Positions 36,801 to 50,226 of a DNA stretch of 64,000 nt are shown here, one piece after another. Position 1 is the first letter of the stretch, and each line of letters opens with the position of its first letter. Below the pieces are notes generated by a model. That model did no database searches and was not told the origin of the DNA. It was given only the letters and a program-made list of their open reading frames with translations. A program made the position numbers and the translations under genes. Source of the DNA: Asterias rubens (lineage: Eukaryota); assembly GCF_902459465.1 (NCBI RefSeq), contig NC_047070.1:2728001-2792000 (forward strand), read 5' to 3'.

Positions 36801-39800
36801 TAACTCATTACTGTGCAAGTTTTGCCCTTGATGACTTTCACATGTTATTCAGGACTACCATAAGAACATCTGGGGAAAAATTCAGGTAGTTGCAGAGGGT
36901 AGATCACAAAACTCGAAAACTAGAGCCCTTTTTGATGATCATCCCACAGTCTAGATGCAAATTTAACATCTATTATATTAACCTAGTTGGTTAGACACTG
37001 CTCTAGAATTGCGAATTTGTGCAATAAAGGTTAAAAAATTAAATAAACTGAACTAAATAAATTTAAGGGCCTATCCATTAATATTTGATATTTTAATTGG
37101 TAACTTCTCTTACAGGGTGAAGGTCATTCGATGTTTATTTTGGAGCAGGAAATTGAAACCATAAAGAACATTCAGAACCTGTACCCAAAACTGTCCAACG
37201 TTCCGGTGTTCAATGAGTAAGTGTTAGTATCAGGAACCTCATTAGCCTATTTCCGAAACTCTAACCCCAAAGGGGGATCACTTGGATCGATTTAAACCTT
37301 GTCCAGCAAATGGGCATACAATACAATACAATACAACTTGATTGTCCCTGCATTGGAAATTCTTGGGGAATATAGCCACCCCTGCTCTGGAGTAGGGCTA
37401 AGCATATAAAATCCTGGAATAATAAGGGAATGAATATGTGCTTGGCCGGTTTTAAATACTCTGTTTAATACCGGTTACAGTCTGGATGCGATAATTACCC
37501 GAGTCTGAGGCGAGGGTAATTATCAGGATCCAGACTGCAACCGGTTTTAAACAGAGTGTTTAATACCGGCCAAGCTCATTTTATTTCTATTCAATAAGCA
37601 CATTTTTATTCTATTCATAAATACCTTTTCGGTCAAAAAACATCAAAACTTTTTGGTCCAAAAAATCACAAAAATTGTAATTGTTCAATGATTTCTTTCA
37701 ACAAAACACCCCTCCAGGTATGAAATGGTAAGGCCTTCTGGTGAAAACTCCTTACAGGGAGATTGGCTTGCACGTAGCGCGTATTGCGTGATGTGGGCCA
37801 GGTGTTCCAGCCGCTGCTCTCGACCAATAGGAATGAATAAACTGTCTTTATAAGCACAGGTGCAGCTTGCGTGTCACGCCCATGTTTAAACACTTTTTAC
37901 TGGTGATATGTCATCCGTTTAAACACCCCCACGTGATACCCTCTCGACCAATCAGAATGGATAAACTGTCTTAGGTATTTATGAATCTTGAATAAATGTG
38001 CAGCCAGAACCCCCTGGAATAGAGACCTAGGCGGTGACAGTGTGAAAGTGCGTGCCCATATTCACCATTTATTGATAATAAAATTTGATAGAAATGAACA
38101 AGAAATAAAGTGTACACAAAGCATGTTCATCTTGAGAGTTTATCCTTTTATTCTCCTTCTCCTCATTTCCAGCGAGGCAGATCCTTTAGTAGGATGGAGT
38201 CGTCCAGAGGAGTGGAGAGCTGATGCTACTTACGCAGCTGTGGTTGTCAAGGTAACTCTTTCTTTCTTTCTTTCATTCTATGAACAAATAAAAAGTACAA
38301 AAAAAATTGTCTTTCTAATGCTGTTTCTTTAAGGGTATGTATACATTTGATAATCACTCTTGAATTTAAAAACCTTTGATTAGAAGCCTACAGCAGCTTT
38401 CGCTAGTAAAAAGCATTTGAGAAACATTTCACTTTGAAGTAATGTGTTTATGTCAAAGGATATCAGTTTTTATGCCCTAAAGTTTGAATCTGAGAAACGT
38501 TTAACTGTCAGTAAATCTGAAACTAGGGTGTTTTTTCTTTCATCTATCTCCTGCAACTTTGAAGACCAATTTTCACAGATTTGTTATTGTATGCATATGT
38601 TGGGATACACCAAGTGAGAATATTGGTCTTTGACAATTACCGAAGTTGTCCGGTGCCTTTAAGGACATTTCCGGGTGTATCTTTTCCTTGATGATGAATT
38701 TCTGTCCTCCATCTCTCTTCTCCAGATTATTGCCCAGCATCAAAATCTTCTCATCAGCCAGCATCCAAATGTGAACTACGCGTTGTTAAGCAACGACAAT
38801 GGCTTCCTTAATTTTAACCCCAACTTCTTCACTCAGCGGACTCTGGTTGCTCGGTTTCAGATGAATCTAACTCACCCACCGAGCATTCAGACAATCAAGA
38901 AACCTGTACTCAGTGTGATGGGTTTGTTGGCGCTGCTTGGAGACACTCAAGTTGATGTTTTATCAGGTACACTGGCTCATTCATTCATTCGTTTCTTTTA
39001 TTTTGAATCTGACGTAAAGTTGTAGGTTTGTGTAATGCACGAAAAGAACTCAGTACACTTAAAGAAGGGATTTGCCCCGCTGTTTTCTGGTGTTCTGTCT
39101 ATAGAAAAGTAGTTGGAATGACTAGGCCGCGTGATCAAGCACACTGGACTCTGGTGTTTTTGATCAGCAGCAGTGGGTTCAAGTCCTGGTCGTGACGACT
39201 GTGGCCATGAGCAAGACACTTGACCATTGTTGCTTCAGCCTCAGATGTGATGTACAGCCGTAGGTCCGAGCATTGCAAAAAAAAATTACTTTTCTTAAAT
39301 TCAAGTTAAATTAATTTGAACATTGATAAGGTTGTATTTTCACCAGCCAAATGTTCAAATTCTACATTAACATTTTGACTTCTTTAACATTGCAGCAGGA
39401 GAGGTCAGCGGTAACAACAGTGACGTGGGTATTTTAGCGTCAACACACACACCAGTAAATACTTCAGGGGACAGGTGAAAAAAATATTGTTGTTATAATT
39501 TATTCCCAAGGGATTTTGGACAAGGCATTTTTACAAATAAGATTTAGTGTGGGTGGTGGAATAACTTTTGTTATGATAATTTCAGCTGGCAGATGAGCAT
39601 GATCGTATACAACAGCAACGACACGAGTAATGAGACTGGAAGTGATCATGTGACCATCAACGTTCAAGGTGTTCCTAACAGTCGGCAAAATCAAGGTATG
39701 TATAAATGAGATACAGCCATTACTATAATAATAATATATCTTATATCAACATCATCTTTGGGACAACATGCTTCCGAGCAACAGTAATCAAGTTTACTTT

Positions 39801-40084
39801 TGTTGTTCCTGACCCACATAAGTTGTTCCTTGTTGGTCTGTCCAGTTGTTTCCCTCAGTTGATTTACTCCCCATGCCTGCATGCTCCTCTTCAATTCATT
39901 CCTTTTTTTGCTCATCTAGTTGCCCTCCTGTCATGTTCTGTTCTGTTTTTTGTTTTGTTTTATATTTATTGTGTGCTTTTTGCTTGAATAATTATTGTAT
40001 TTGTTATTATTTTGATTGGTTCGTTGCTTATCGATTAACTTTTGCTGTGCTTTTTGATGTACTTGTATTTGTTGAGGTCAAATA

Positions 40085-40118
<34 letters not shown>

Positions 40119-43100
40119 TAATAATAATAGATCTTATATAGGGCATAATTGGCCTAAAAAAGAGTCCAAGGCGCTGCACACGAACAATAGAAACGCAAAA
40201 TGTATAAATAAGACTATTGAAGAATTAAACGTTGCTTAAAAAGTACAGGGGTGGATTTCACAAAGAGTTAGGACTGGTTTTTATCTTGATTTAGGACAAA
40301 TTACTCGTCGTTTTGAATAACTCCTAAAGAGTCATAGGACTAGTCCTAGGTTATTGGGACTATCTTTTGTGAAATCGACCACTGGCTTTTGGGGTAATGT
40401 TGTAAATATTTATATAATCAACACCCAACAGTTTAAAATCCTAGAATCCTAGAAATAAAATAGAAAGAATTGCAAAACTTATGCGCACATATCTCCAAGA
40501 GCACAATACACAAACACTAAAACTTAAAAATACAAACATAGGAAAATGACATTGAAAGTGCATCACAATGAGCAAGAAAAGGCAAGTGACATAAAACTAG
40601 TTTTGAGTTGAACTTTAAAGCCATTGGACACTTTCGGAACAGAAGAAAAAATAAAAGTTCACAGATTTACAAATAACTTACAGGGTTTACAGAAGGTAAT
40701 GGTGAAAGACTTCTCTTGAAATATTATTGCATGAAATGCTTTACTTTTTGAGAAAACATTAAAACAATATCAATTCTCAATATCGAGATTTACGGATATA
40801 TTATAAACACTTGTCATGACACGGTGAAACGTGCAGAAACAAGGGTGGGTTTTCCCGTTATTTTCTCGTGACTCCGATGACTGATTGAGCCTAAGTTTTC
40901 ACAGGTTTGTTATTTTATATAAAAGTTGTGATACACGAAGTGTGGGCCTTGGACAATACTGTTTACCGAAAGTGTCAAATGGCTTTAAAAGACCTTTGGG
41001 AAGAGACTATTGTGGTAGTGAGATGCATTTCTGTATTTTTCTTTCAGACATGTTGTACGTTGTGTATCTTTTGAACAACACTCTGGGTAATCCATATCAT
41101 TTGTGGAAAGACTACAACAAACCAGTTTTTCCGACCAGAAAACAATTTGTAGAAATGAGGAAAAATCAGGTAACTATAAAAATGATTTATAATTGTTCAC
41201 AGAAAATAGAACTGACAAGGAGGAGGGATGAGACACAAGGTTTAAGCCAGGATTTGGTATAATGGTGTCCAAATTAGCTGGAATTTTAAAGGCAGTGGAC
41301 ACTGTTGGTAATTACTCAAATTAATTATTTGCATCAAACCTTACTTGGTATAACGAGTAATGGGGAGGTTGATGGTATAAAACATTGCGAGAAACGGCTC
41401 CTTCTGAAGTGACGTAGTTTTCGAGAAAAAAAACATTTTCCACGAATTTGATTTCGAGACCTCAGGATTAGAATTTGAGGTCTTGAAATCAAGCATCTAA
41501 AGCACACAACTTCCATTATTTATCTCGCAACTTCGACGACCAATTGAGCTCAATTTTTCACAGGTTAGTTAATTTGTGCATGTTGAGATATACCAAGTGA
41601 GAAGACTGGCCTTTGACAATTACCAATAGTGTCCAGTGTCTTTAAACACTGGGGTGTCCAAATTGTTCACTTAAAATACATTTACATGAAAACGAGAGAT
41701 GAAACAGGGTGTCCAAAATTAAAACAGGGTGTCCAAAAGACACCATAACACCGTTTTGGCTAAAGGCTTTGATGAGAAATTCTAAACTTATTTGTATTAA
41801 TACCTTCTGCCCTCTACTCTCTGGAACAGTTTCCCCCATCACAAGAGTCTATCACCTCCTTTGAATCATACATAAGTGGCCTGAAAATCCACCTCCTCGT
41901 GTCTGTACAGCATTTTTACCTAGTTTTTGTGTTAATCTTAGAATAAGATCATTCAATCAATAGACCTTACGTACATGACGTCATTTCAGTAGGGCGCCCT
42001 CACCTAGAGGTCAAAAGGAGGTTGTTCATTGGCCAATACTGTGCGCCGTGAGTACAAATCTATGCGTCTCGATTGTTTTGTCACCGTTTTTCCCATTAAG
42101 ATGGCGGCTGGATGACGTCAATGCATGAGGTCTATTGCAAGTAATTTAATATTTTATGTAGAGTTAATTTTATATTAATTAGGCGCTATATAAATCAAAT
42201 AAAGACAGCAAAAAAAGTGATGCGGCTGTTGTAAAAGCACCTATAATATTAAAATTGTTACATGTAATCCAAAAAATGAAAATACCAGGAGATGGAAAAT
42301 TTAATTACGGCGATTTTGACACCTTGTTTGTTACAGTCGGTCGAGTACAAACAAGGTGTCAAAATCACCGTAATTAAATTTTTCGTCTCCTGGTATTTTC
42401 ATTTTTAGAATACGAGTATTAACAATTTGAAAATTATAGGTGCTTTTATAACAGCTGCGTTACTTTTTTTGCTGTCTTTATATTATTATTATTATTCTAT
42501 ACTATCTCTTTTTTTCTTAAGGAGCCTGTCCGAATCACAGGGCCGACTAGTTTCACTGGTCCTGGGATGACGTTTGACTTTAACTTGAGCAAACCTGGGG
42601 TGATGCTTATTCATGCTTGTGCTAAACCTGTAGCAGCTCTAGAAAAGGTAAAATATTGTCTCACAAATAAAATCTCAAACTATTTTAAAAAATAGCTGAT
42701 TGATAGCTCCTGTTTAAAGATACTGGACACCTTAAGTAATTGTCAAAGACCAGTCTTCTCACTTGGTGTATCTCAACATAAACTCAAAATAATAAACCTG
42801 TGAACATTTGAACTCAATTGGTTGTCGAAGTTGCGAGAAAATAATGGAAGAAAAAACGCCCTTGTCGCACAAAGTGGTGTGCTTTCAGATGCTTCATTTC
42901 GAGACCTCAGCTGAGGTCTTGAAATCAATTCAAATATTTTACTGAGAAATTACTTCTTTCTCAAAAACTACATTACTTCAGAGGGAGCCTTTTCTCACAT
43001 TTTTTACTATCAACAGCTCTCCATTACTCGTTACCAAGTAAGTTTTTATGCTGTCCAGTGCCTTTAGATATCGCAGATTTCGTGTTTTTATTTATTATTT

Positions 43101-45336
43101 ATTTATGAGACATAGCCTAACATCACAAGAGAAGAGATTTGAATTTTGTTATCACAAAGACCAGTTCTAAGATTCTTTCTTGTCCAACATTTACAGGTAA
43201 ACAATCTGTACCTTCACAATGTCACAGAGTATGACGTTCTTGTGAGATGGGAAGACGTCTCATCACATTGTCTCTTGACATACGAGGTGGAATACTCCAC
43301 TCAGCAAAGAGGGCAGTATTTACGAGTGAATGACGTTGATTTGATATTCACTACCTTTCTCTTCTCAGCTGATGCAGTCAGTCATGGTGAGTACTGGCAA
43401 GTATTTAATTAATTTTGGGTTTTTGTTTTAATTAAATGGACACGTTGCCTTGGATCAGGCGAGTTGGTATATGAAAAGCGCTTGTAACCGTTTTTTTATC
43501 AAATGCAATTGGTTCGAAAGATGTTTTAAATATAGAATACAATGATTCACAAAGTATGCCTCAAAATTGTGTGGTCCGCGCTTTATTGAGAAAACAAAAA
43601 CATTACTCTTCAAACTGCCGTGCCAAGTTAGATCACCGTTTAAAAGGAATACCACACAGTTTTGAGGCGTGTTTGTGTGGCTCATTGTATTCTACTTTTA
43701 ACAACTTTTTCAACAAATCTTTCTTACAATATGCATTTTGTAAAAAACGCTTTTCATAGACCAACTAATCCAATCAAGGCAATGTGTCCCTTTAAATGAT
43801 GGTATGATTTTGAAGATTCTAATGATTTTGAATGTAGTTCTTGAAGTATTTGTTCTGAGTAAACTTGTAGGCACAACCATGAGCAAGTTCGATCAGGGTA
43901 CAATTGTCGACTAGTGGTTAGTTTGTAACGTACGAAGCGCATGCGCGCTGAAGTAAAAGTGCGACTGACTCTAGTTGTTTTCTAGCGACCGTATGTGAAA
44001 AAGATGACCGCGAACCATAGCTCTATGCCGTGAACACATAAAAAGTCCATACTCACTTCTTTTCAGCTATTTTAAGAACAACTGGTCCTCTCTGCCTGCA
44101 GCACACTGTGACATGACAAATTGCTATTGGTAACCAACGATGCAACCAACCTCACCCAGCCTCGAGTGGATGGTCGCGAATAGTCAACTAGACTGGTCCA
44201 ACTATCGTTGACTAGCGCAGGTTCAATCAGAGTTGGTCGAACTATGGTTAACTATGGTCGTTGATCGAACTTGCTCCATTTGTGAATCTCTTTTGGGAAA
44301 AGTGTTGGCTCTGAAAAGAGCCATCCTGAAGATGAGCAGAGTATACTTTTCAAAAGATCGGGACCACACCGGCTCTTTACAGAGCCTTCACTCCTGCCGA
44401 AAGAGCTTTACACATGGTTGTTCCCGCAAGTTTGTGTATATCTTTGTTTAAAGGCAGTGGACACTATTGGTAATTACTCAAAATAATTATTAGCATAAAA
44501 CCTTACTTGGTAACGACTACGAGTAAAAGGGAAAAGTTGAGAAATGGCTCCATCTGAAGTAGCGTAGTTTACGAGCAAGAAGTAATTTTCCACGAATTTG
44601 ATTTCGAGACCTCAGACTTAGAATTTGAGGTCTCGAAATCAAGCATCTGAAAACAAACAACTTCGTGTGATAAGGGTGTTTTTTCTTTCATTACTATGTC
44701 GCAACTTCGACGACCGATTGAGCTAAAATTATCACAGGTTTGTTATTTTATGTATATGTTGAGATACACCGAGTGAGAAGACTGGTCTTTGACAATTACG
44801 CAGTATGTGTCTAGTATCTTTAACCATCCATTCTTTAACTCTCTGAGTATTTCTTTATTTGTTTTTCACACCGTTGAGGTACCCATTGCTAACACACAGA
44901 ATTTAAATTGCCTCTAGCCACTGGGCTAGGTCAGTGGTCTAGTGGTAAGACATCTGCTTTAGCAAACAAAGGTCATGGGTTCGCATCCCACCCAAATGTT
45001 TTGCCTGTGTATTTTTTTCACAGAACTCAAGAATACAGTATACAGTGCTGAATACACATCGGTGTAAGGGTTAAAACAAATTATATTTTTTTCTGTAAAA
45101 GGAAAGCTATTGAATTTTTGCTATCCTTGGATAAGTTTGTTAATTTGTTTCTTTATTTTCTTCTACTTTCTACTATAACAAAAATATTTCAGATTAATGA
45201 CTTTTTACAAAAATTTCTTTTTTACTTTTTTACAGGTGCTCTAGCGAGCATTAGCACCAAAGGATGGTATCGTGTAAGAGCTGTAGACTATTGGAATCGT
45301 CCTGGCGATTATTCTACACCCGTGCAGTTGAAGTAG
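24852..45336 (+). CDS. IDUA: Alpha-L-iduronidase (GH39), 641 aa, 14 coding exons
   Basis: Exons 24852-24991, 27065-27205, 28253-28449, 29843-29938, 30979-31181, 37116-37216, 38173-38251, 38726-38966, 39396-39474, 39586-39695, 41048-41169, 42522-42647, 43197-43386, 45236-45336; 1926 nt in frame. Signal peptide, FWASTGFCPPLPH, acid/base WNEPD, nucleophile [17 protein letters not shown] and C-terminal YRVRAVDYW. Confidence 0.96.
25558..26190 (+). repeat. Local direct duplication, period about 390 bp
   Basis: gaaatggcacc...gtgccctcaatgaaaattagagggcta...aagaaatgatgattgagtgttc occurs at about 25558-25790 and 25946-26190. Confidence 0.75.
27365..28135. mobile_element. Two adjacent family A MITE copies
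   Basis: 27365-27751 full length with TTAA ends, followed directly by a more degenerate copy. Confidence 0.8.
28504..28882. mobile_element. Family A MITE, full length
   Basis: About 380 bp, TTAA at both ends, about 25-bp TIR. Confidence 0.85.
29645..29820 (+). mobile_element. tRNA-derived SINE family 2
   Basis: Head gcaatctcggtggtctagttggtaag, body cacagaac...acacatcggtgtaagggt. Other copies at 31390-31490(-), 32300-32410(+), 44915-45080(+), 52715-54445(-) and 62075-62260(+, internally duplicated). Confidence 0.75.
29999..30311 (+). mobile_element. tRNA-derived SINE family 1, full length
   Basis: A-box tggccgagc, B-box ggttcgaatccc, central gtgtccctgagcaagacacttaac, (AAT)n tail. Other copies at 17943-18110, 39118-39270, 47762-47830, 58140-58262, 58501-58783 and reverse fragments at 15715-15810 and 22660-22740. 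Confidence 0.8.
30312..30657 (-). mobile_element. tRNA-derived SINE family 1, inverted partner of 29999-30311
   Basis: Reverse complement of the adjacent copy, tail-to-tail. Confidence 0.8.
31508..32291. mobile_element. TIR element in IDUA intron 5
   Basis: Left aatagaccgattgc...atcacgtgacctatagtgggta and right tacccactataggtcacgtgat...gcaatgggtctatt are imperfect inverted repeats. Confidence 0.6.
40081..40128. repeat. (AAT)n microsatellite
   Basis: Read directly from the sequence. Confidence 0.9.
40615..40988. mobile_element. TTAA-flanked MITE family C
   Basis: Near-identical to 16514-16863. Confidence 0.85.
41286..41645. mobile_element. Family A MITE, reverse orientation
   Basis: TTAA ends, TIRs, interior is the reverse complement of 28504-28882. 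Confidence 0.85.
42200..42480. repeat. About 280-bp near-perfect palindrome (foldback element)
   Basis: taaagacagcaaaaaaagt...actttttttgctgtcttta arms converge on a short loop near 42335-42345. Confidence 0.85.
42714..43066. mobile_element. Family A MITE
   Basis: Same interior; right TIR partly deleted. Confidence 0.8.
43432..43795. mobile_element. TTAA-flanked MITE family D
   Basis: TIR ggacacgttgccttggat...atcaaggcaatgtgtccc with TTAA ends. Confidence 0.75.
44448..44823. mobile_element. Family A MITE, reverse orientation
   Basis: TTAA ends and family interior. Confidence 0.8.
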
Positions 45337-45784
45337 TCCCTGTATGAGGCTGTATCAGAATTGGCGTCAACAGCTATGGCTACGGCTGTTGCTAAGGGTG
45401 TTGCTAAGGACGTCCTATACCTCAACACATGATGACATGGAAATCTAGCCGTAGCCGTAGCTGTAGCCGCCAATTCAGAATTAACTTCAACATATTTCTG
45501 ACAATCTTTTTCATAAAGCTGTTTCAATCACTTACCTTTTTTAGATACTGTCTTTCACTTCAAGAAATAGTCAGGAAATTTGGGTTCTGTCCATTTCTCA
45601 AAGTCATGTGACCTTTTTTATCAACAAATTGTGCTTAAGAAATAATATAATGTATGTATTTTTATGTTTTATACCTCTTTAAACTTTTATATTTAAATAT
45701 TTACTGTAAAATAAAACAGTACTTATTTGATGTACACATTTTGAATACATTTTTTTATACACCATATTGTTTAACAACCCATTA

Positions 45785-46172
45785 TTAAAGGAACGTTACA
45801 GAATTGGTAAGTAACAAAAATCGTGAAGATCACAGGTTTACATAAAACTTACACGGTCTAAATGATGATGATAGTAGAAAACATCCCTTGAAATATTGTT
45901 GTCTGAAAAGTCATATTTGATGAGAAATAAATAATCTAAATTCGCTTTTGGAGCTTAACGCTCAGTGAGCGTTTTATTCATTTTTTTGTTTTGGCATCGA
46001 TGCAATGCAAAATTTGTAATTTATTTTTCACTATTCTCCCGTGACCCAGATGGCTGATCGATCTCAAACTTCTACAGGTTTGTCATTTTATGTTTATGAT
46101 GGATTACATAAAGTACTTACACTACCAGCAGCTGTTTGGTTAGCAAAAACCAATTCTGTAATGTTCCTTTAA
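45785..46172. mobile_element. TTAA-flanked MITE family B
   Basis: TTAA ends, TIR, shared interior. Confidence 0.85.
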
Positions 46173-46274
46173 TGTTAGGTTGATTGACTAGAGTGGGATT
46201 TGAACCTGCGACCTCCGAATTGAATGTGCTGGCACTCTACCAACTGAGCCATCTAGCCCTATATAGGTGGTCTC

Positions 46275-47435
46275 TCTTTTTATGCCCCGCTGGCGAAGCA
46301 AGCCAAAGGGGCGTCTAATGTGTGCGTGTTTGCAATCATTGTCCGAGTGATAACTCAAGAAGGACTTAAACTCCAAAAAACTTGGTTTGTGGATTGTTCT
46401 TGGGATCCCCCACAAGCCTATTGTTTTCAGACCGTCTACGATAAATGTAAAGGTTATTATGGCTAAAACAATTGAAATGTTGTTCGAGCGATAAATGTAA
46501 AGGTTATTATGGCTAAAACAATTGAAATGTTGTTCGAGCAATAACTCGAGAAGGACTTGGCATATCAACTCCAAACTTGGTTTGTGGATTAGTCATGGGA
46601 TCCCCCAGAAGCTTATTGTTTATGGACCCCCTCAGTCGAATATTAAAGACAGTGGACACTATTAGTAATTGTCAAAGACTACTGTTCATAGTTGGTGTAT
46701 CTCAACATATGCATAAAATAACACTGCTGTGAAAATTTGAGCTCAATCGGTCGTCGAAGTTGCGAGATAATAATAAAAGAAAAAAGCACCCTTCAAGTCA
46801 CACGAAATTGTGCTTTCAGATGCTTGATTTTGAGACCTCAAATTCTAAAACTGAGGTCTCAAAATCGAATTCGTGGAAAATTACTTCTTTCTCGCAAACT
46901 ACGTTACATCAGAGGGAGCCATTTCTCACAATGTTTTATACTATCAACAGCTCCCCATTACTCGTCACCAAGTAGGGTTTTATGCGATTAATTATTTTGA
47001 GTAGTTACCAATATTGTCCACTTCCTTTAAAGGCACTAGACACTATTGGTAATCACTCAAAATAATTATTAGCATAAAACTTACTTGGTAATGATCACTG
47101 GAGAGCTATTGATAGTATAAAAACATTGTGAGAAATGGCTCCCTCCAAAGTAACATGTAATTTTCCATTATTGAATTTGATTTTGAGACCTCAGATTTAG
47201 ATTTTTGAGGTCGTGATGAAATCAAGCATCAAATTGCCAAAGGTATCCAGTGTCTTTAAGTTAATTCAAGAGCAATAACTCAAGAAGGACTTGGCACTGT
47301 GGATTGGTCTTGGGTCCCCAACACAATCCTATTGTTTTTAGACCCTCTAGGTTAAAATGTAAAGTTCATCATGGCTAAAACAAAACAAAATGTCCAAGCA
47401 ACAACTCAAGATTGAGATTACTCTTAGCGGGGCAT
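46275..47435 (+). mobile_element. Helentron/DINE-like non-autonomous element with internal subrepeats, interrupted by two MITEs
   Basis: Starts tttttatgccccgc, ends gcggggcat; repeated units aaacttggtttgtggatt...cctattgtttt; tandem duplication of about 50 bp at 46440-46540. Family assignment is from recalled structure only. Confidence 0.45.
46643..47259. mobile_element. Two family A MITEs sharing one TTAA (47027-47030)
   Basis: Full copy 46643-47030 and a deleted reverse copy 47027-47259. Confidence 0.8.
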
Positions 47436-50226
47436 TTGTGTTTGTCAGCACACTTGTCTTGTTTGTAAGTGGCTTTGTTCAGAAGTGCTCATTGCTAAAA
47501 TACATTGGCATGTATCTCAGTATTTGAAATTTACGGTAATAAGTGCTGAGCATTTCCGACTTGTTACAGTAACAGGCCTGTTTTTCTAACAGTGTATGCA
47601 GGTGGTGGCATTGTTCACTTAATCTTAGTTCCTGTATTTTATTGTTCAAGATTTGCTACAAATACTTTTTTATACCGTTAACTATTGGGTTAATTTCTAA
47701 TATCTGGCTGGTCCAGAATACTAAATTTGTATATTGTAATCATGTATATGTTTATTTATGGCATGCTATGGCCGAGCGGATCACTGGACTCGACCCCTGG
47801 TGTTTCTGATCAGTAGAGTGTGGGTTCAAGTCCCGGTTGTGATGCTTGAACTATGTTTTACCATAAATGGATTCTCCTTACGGTGGCACATTAAACCGTT
47901 GGGCCCTTGTAGGCCTACAGTGAATTGAACACGCCATGTTTCTGGTTCACATGCAAATACACAAGTAACAGTTTTCGTCAGGCTTTCGAGCTACATTGAT
48001 TAAATTTCACTCATGAGGCATCCTTGTTTCATTACCAGAAATATGTAATAATAATAATATTATGTCCTAGGTATATTGCCCTGGGATGCTATATATTGTA
48101 TTTGTGATGAATAAACATATAAAATGACACAACTTCTTTAGAACCAGATGATATGTTTCCATGTTATCCTTATTTGATTTTTTGGAGGTTCAGTTCCCAA
48201 GCTCCCAACTTAGGACGATTAAAGTTTTTAAATACTCCATTTTTGAGAATGATAAATGGTTGTTAGTTGCCATAACGTCACCCTCCTGCCGACGGCGTAG
48301 AGGGTTACGTTATCGCAACTTAATGGTTGTCATGGTCAGACCCACCCCAAAGAGGGGTTATCCAGTTTTGTGAGCCCCGGTCTCGCTTGCTAGGCTTGGC
48401 CCAAGACGTCAGTGATCGAAAGTGGATAGTTGGAGGCCCCGCTGTAGCGATTTACAACTGAGCGAAGTGCACTATCCACTATTGATCACTGACGTCTTGA
48501 GCCAAGACTACTCGCTCGCTAGCTCTAATGCTCTAATAAAGCAGGGACAGAAATAGGCACAGAGTGCATGCAGCCGACATCGATCCCCAGAGTGAGTACT
48601 GTGTGCGATCGTTGGACTTCCGATATTTAACCTGGGAACAAGTCTGTCCAACTAGGAGGAGTGGAGGTTTTAATTGCTACAAAATCTATTCCACAGAAAC
48701 CTTGGTAAATACACTTTTTCCGTCAAATTAATAAATTTTAATGAACATTTTGTTGTATACGAAGATGTTAACATTTTCGTTAATTACATGCGCCATGTAT
48801 AGCTACCGGGAAGCTGTTTTTTGCATGTTTGCCAGGCGTTACAGGAGTGTCCCAGTTTCCGGACAAGTGCTTTCGCATAGGATTTAGGAATAGGATTTGT
48901 TTTTGTTTTGTTTAATACATACCGGGTATTTTGCCTTATTTTTTTGGTTTGATGATTGCGACTTACCAACTGACTGAGGTGGAACCTTATTAAGTGTCTT
49001 CCATTTCATCAGTTGACATCCAGGTTTTTTTAGCAGCTCTTCTTTTAAATTGAAATCGATCTAATTTTGATAATGTTATAAAATTAACTTAGGATTAATG
49101 TTTAAACTTTAATGTTTCTTAAATTCTAATTATCTAGACTTTAGTTTTTCACTTTTGTTCAGCAGTGCCATGTACATGTACCTCCCTTGTACAATAAAAT
49201 TTAGTACACAACTGTCCTGACTTAATACGCTTCCGTACCTGACCCCTTGGTCTAATTGAGTAATTCCCTCCCCCTTTTGTAACCTTGTTTTTAAGTTACA
49301 TTTGTTATTCATTCAAATCAATTCAATGTCTAACTAATAGGAAAAGTTTCCGTATGGCGCCACCACTTTTTCATTCGAAATAAAATAATATAGTATCTAA
49401 TTTACCTGATTGATATATCCCTTTTTGTAAAAATGAGTGAAAAAGTGGTGGCGCCATACGGAAAGTTATCCAACTAATAAATTACTAATTTGCTTTTATA
49501 CCATTTTGAACTGTTGTTCCTGATATATTGGCCGAATAACTTAAAAAATAATAATATAGTAAAAGTATCTGACCTCCACTATTTCTCTGTTATTGTTCTT
49601 ACCCCTATTTGTTTGTTAGAAATGTGAGAAGTTAATTGCATTTTAAGTTGCCGCCTAAACTACGTGCAGCCGGTTGCTCAAGAGGATTTTAATTTTAATT
49701 TTAAAGAATGGAAATTAATGAAGTCCAACATTCACCAAAGATGTGAATCACACACAAGAGCCTAAAGTGGAGGTCAGATAAAGACAGTTTTCAATCAATC
49801 ATAAACAAAAATCCAAATCAAATAATAAGAAAGAAAAGTGGGATTTAAAACTTTGCATGGTGGAAATATGATATGGACAGGTTTGCGGTAACACCACCAA
49901 GTAATAAATAAATGAGTTGGGGTGGTTCTGAAAAGAACTATTGGTTTCAACTCGACGTTATTGTAGAAAGAAGCTAAATTTTCAAAGATTATTTATAGTG
50001 TACCTTAATTCTATGCCCCCATAAGCATGCAGATGGCATGTCAGGTTTGTATCAGCTTTTGTTTACAGATAAATGTTTACTTGTTGGTTCATTCTTGAAA
50101 AAATTGTAAAACCATTGCGTTTGTGGCAACAACAATCTTTGTGTATTTTTCAGTGGCTGTCTGATCGGAAGAAAAGATCTTTACAGAAGTCGGACCAAGG
50201 TATTTGAGTTGCTTCGATCCATCACT

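Noticed and set aside
24992-45235. Nested SLC26A1-like gene as in human IDUA
   Set aside because: No sulfate-transporter or STAS-like translation was seen on either strand.
48795-48887. Kozak-context ORF MYSYREAVFCMFARRYRSV... as a mitochondrial presequence exon for XPNPEP1
   Set aside because: The frame stops at 48885, and the only phase-2 junction is a non-consensus GC donor (AG|GCGTTA).
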